Positions 63,234-64,000 of a stretch of DNA of 64,000 bases are shown here, one piece after another. The stretch is from positions 1-64,000 of IMG/VR virus record IMGVR_UViG_3300020435_000116; one strand, 5' to 3'. The notes beneath the pieces were generated by a model, which saw nothing but the letters and a program-made list of their open reading frames with translations, had not been told where the DNA came from and searched no databases. Every line of letters starts with the position of its first letter. Within the stretch, counting starts at the first letter, position 1. The position numbers and the translations under genes were made by a program. The DNA comes from an uncultured virus (IMG/VR IMGVR_UViG_3300020435_000116) (Duplodnaviria; Heunggongvirae; Uroviricota; Caudoviricetes).

Positions 63234-64000
63234 ATGGACTCAAAACTCTTACTCGTAAAAGCAATTATGCTGCTGTATCGCGAGGGTCAATTAGAGGATA
63301 ATAGCGGTCAATCTGAATCGATTATCAAAGATGTAATAGAGGCACTTAAACCAACCTTCAACAGTGCGGTATCAGGATCGTCAAAAGACACACTCATTGC
63401 CCTTAGAGATACACTTCTATATATGCTAGAAGAACCGTCAGGGTATAAACATGACCGAGATACTATCATACAACGACTTCGTGTAAACATCATTGATGAT
63501 GAGTCGTTATTCAAAGCAGTTGAACTTGGCATGGTAGAGGTAGAGAGCGAAGAACGTATACAACAAATCTGCTACGACCACATCCGTACCCTTCGTCAAT
63601 TCTTATCAAGAAACACTATTAAGAACATCATTAAACAAGCATCGCAGGATGTACACTTTAATGAAGAGTCAGTTAACTGGACTAGTTTTACCGCCGACCT
63701 TGTTGAGAAGCTAGAGCCTTATACCAGTAATATGATTGAAAATGCACAAGGCTTGGTCACTGAATTAGACATTGATAACATCGATGATCTTGAAAAGGTC
63801 ATGAAAGATGGTAATGAGTCAAACTCTACAGAAGGCATCATGCGCTTAGGTTGGCAAGGTGTGAATCGAATGACAGGTGACCATGGTGGGATTAGACGTG
63901 GTGACTTCATTCTAATAGGGGCGCTACAGCACAACTTTAAATCAGGGATGTTAATGAACATTCCTAAGCATGTTGCGCTTTATAACAAACCTTACATGTT
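63234..64000 (+). CDS. DnaB-like replicative helicase (phiKZ gp118-like), 3'-truncated and absent from the ORF track
   Basis: Translated by hand from ATG 63234 after AGGA: MDSKLLLVKAIMLLYRE...GWQGVNRMTGDHGGIRRGDFILIGALQHNFKSG (Walker A-like). Confidence 0.85.
   Translation, partial: MDSKLLLVKAIMLLYREGQLEDNSGQSESIIKDVIEALKPTFNSAVSGSSKDTLIALRDTLLYMLEEPSGYKHDRDTIIQRLRVNIIDDESLFKAVELGMVEVESEERIQQICYDHIRTLRQFLSRNTIKNIIKQASQDVHFNEESVNWTSFTADLVEKLEPYTSNMIENAQGLVTELDIDNIDDLEKVMKDGNESNSTEGIMRLGWQGVNRMTGDHGGIRRGDFILIGALQHNFKSGMLMNIPKHVALYNKPYM

Noticed and set aside
63308..63961. Two minus-strand ORFs in the track
   Set aside because: They are antisense shadows of the plus-strand helicase that runs off the window end.
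1..64000. tRNA, rRNA, inteins or stop-codon reassignment
   Set aside because: No cloverleaf or rRNA-like stretch is visible in the short intergenic regions. Core genes are full-length under the standard code and show no intein motifs by eye.

Overview
This window is a gene-dense segment of a phiKZ-related jumbo myophage (Chimalliviridae-like, probably nucleus-forming, although chimallin itself is not in the window). The core genes I recognise are the major capsid protein, portal, two split RNA polymerase beta fragments (virion and non-virion), a DnaB-like helicase (truncated and missed by the ORF track), UvsX/RecA, RNase H, SbcC, RuvC, the end of a gp181-like tail protein, and baseplate and spike genes. 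Accessory regions are a ~17 kb tail-fibre locus with three tandem ~950-aa paralogues and T4 long-tail-fibre-like modules, a free-standing HNH-type endonuclease, a GHSQG hydrolase, two spanin-like gene pairs, and a tmk/dUTPase/DHFR island. Three signals stand out. (1) Twelve intergenic TATGCCGT copies each follow a hairpin at a gene end, suggesting a phage-specific terminator or processing signal, and two of these elements are near-identical inverted copies 12.6 kb apart. (2) An upstream CTACATTAC motif looks like an early promoter. (3) Islands of nucleotide identity are shared among the otherwise diverged fibre paralogues. Family and phiKZ gp assignments come from recalled motifs and synteny, not from database searches. 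I saw no tRNA, rRNA or CRISPR array.
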